A stretch of DNA of 64,000 nucleotides from Octopus sinensis (taxonomy: Eukaryota), in contig NC_043002.1 of assembly GCF_006345805.1 (NCBI RefSeq), positions 13,888,001-13,952,000 of the forward strand. Direction: 5' to 3'. The position numbers and the translations under genes were made by a program. Below the pieces are notes generated by a model. The model worked only from the letters and a program-made list of their open reading frames with translations, had not been told where the DNA came from and ran no database searches. Below, one piece after another: positions 62,485 through 64,000 of this stretch; position 1 is the first letter of the stretch; the number at the start of each line of letters is the position of its first letter.

Positions 62485-62531
<47 letters not shown>

Positions 62532-63393
62532 GGGGAAAAAGATATTTGATTTTGTGCATGCAACTACAATATACATATCGAAATCAAGTGCGAAGTCATA
62601 TGTACTGCCTTTATACTAAGCATGAAAGGAAAACAAATTCAATTTGTTGTAGCTAATAACAAACATTGCAGTGGGTATTGTTATAGGAAGACAAAACGAA
62701 TATATTGGCAAAAATCGGTACAAAGTAAATAGCAAGTGTAATAAATATGTATAAATTTCTATATAGTGCATAGACAAAGCATATATCTCGTTAATATTTG
62801 TCCTGAACGAAGAACTGGAAAAATGCATCTATTTTAATGGAAACTTGTGTTTTTTCATTGAATAGAATTGGCGACATGTACAGTAGGGTAAGATAAATAA
62901 AAGTAAAACATGATCAATGTGTATATAATCATCCTCTCAATATGCAAAGAAATGATCGTTTTGAGGTTTGGCTAAAGGAAGTTCCTGCATGTCTGACATC
63001 GCTTTCTTACTTTTGACAGCATTCTTAAAGCTTGGTGTTATTACTTCCACGTGTATATTCACTGGTTTCCCTTTTGGTGGCTTATAGTTTTTGAAATTTG
63101 TGTTGTTGTGTACATACGAATATTGTGTTTGTCGAGGGGTAGGTTTTAATTAACTTTTTATTGGTATTTTCTTGTAACTAAGTAGGGTCATATAACAAAA
63201 AATAAACAAGAATTCTACCATTTCACTTCTTTATTTGTTTATCTGGCAATTGGTTAATCCTTAAATCAATTACCTAATCGGTTGTCTGATTAATCGTACC
63301 GTACGGTTAATCAAACAAACTGCATGGTATTTCAAAGCTCCGCCGTCGATAATCGCGAACTCAAAATATCTATTCATATAAAAACAATAAGCG

Positions 63394-63690
63394 TCGCCCT
63401 TTTCAAGCCTAGCCAGGCTCATGGGCCCAGTTTCCCAGTTTCTGTGGCGTATGTGTTCTCTCCAGCTGGACAGGACGCCAGTCCAGCGTTACTCAAGAAA
63501 CAGGAAGAAAGAGTGAGAGAAAGTTGTGGCAAAAGAGTACAACAGGGGTCATTACCGCCCTCTGCCGGAGCCTCGTGGTGCTTTTATGTGTTTTCGCGCA
63601 ATAAACACACAACGCCCGGTGTGGGAATCGAAACAGCGATCCTCCAATCGCGGGTCCGCTGCCCTAACCACTGAGCCTTTGAGCCTCCAC
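63394..63690 (-). mobile_element. Hybrid SINE: family-D head/body with family-C tail
   Basis: Reverse complement matches 45649-45948. Confidence 0.8.
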
Positions 63691-64000
63691 TATCTATTCA
63701 TAAAGACTTACATAATTATCTCCAACACAATTTTGAAATGATATTCATAGCACGAATTTTGATATACCACCAAAACAAGTAATGACGTGAAATTCAATAA
63801 AAACTTATTTTTAATAGTATACATGCACGCTTATACACACACGCGCAGGCGCACCCATACGCTGATTAGATCTGACTGTACTTAGGGTTAATTGGGCAAC
63901 AAAGAGGAGAGATATAAATGACATCAGAGAAGCTGCAGAGTAAGTTTCAAGGTGGGTTTCGATAAAGGGGTCAGATAAACCGCTTGCTGCTATTGGGTTG

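Overview
AT-rich eukaryotic genomic DNA, almost entirely repeats and microsatellites. The SINE and microsatellite landscape suggests an octopus or other cephalopod genome; this is inference from recalled repeat sequences, not a database result. No host protein-coding gene is confidently identifiable, and most listed ORFs are microsatellite or SINE artefacts. Recognisable content: (1) many tRNA-headed SINEs in at least 4 head/body/tail combinations, several with 10-16 bp TSDs; (2) decayed DNA transposons (a mariner, a second Tc1/mariner-type relic, two Helitron-like non-autonomous elements, a MITE); (3) a Penelope-like RT relic and two 3' fragments of a restriction-like-endonuclease LINE. Two systems stand out. 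(A) ORF1-only, half-LINE-like retroelements: one complete 2.3 kb copy (4117-6435) with a 15 bp TSD and a ~421 codon RRM-like/CCHC ORF with one stop and no RT, plus two divergent relatives at 59.2-61.5 kb. Those two share a C-terminal domain I do not recognise, and one shares its 3' tail with a local SINE family. (B) About 15 minimal type-I hammerhead ribozyme motifs plus about 5 core variants, in roughly 11 unrelated sequence contexts. Several lie in 300-560 bp tandem, terminally redundant or partly inverted units embedded in microsatellites (retrozyme/Penelope pLTR-like), and one is a perfect 132 bp palindrome encoding a hammerhead on both strands. All structures were read by eye; none was computed or tested.
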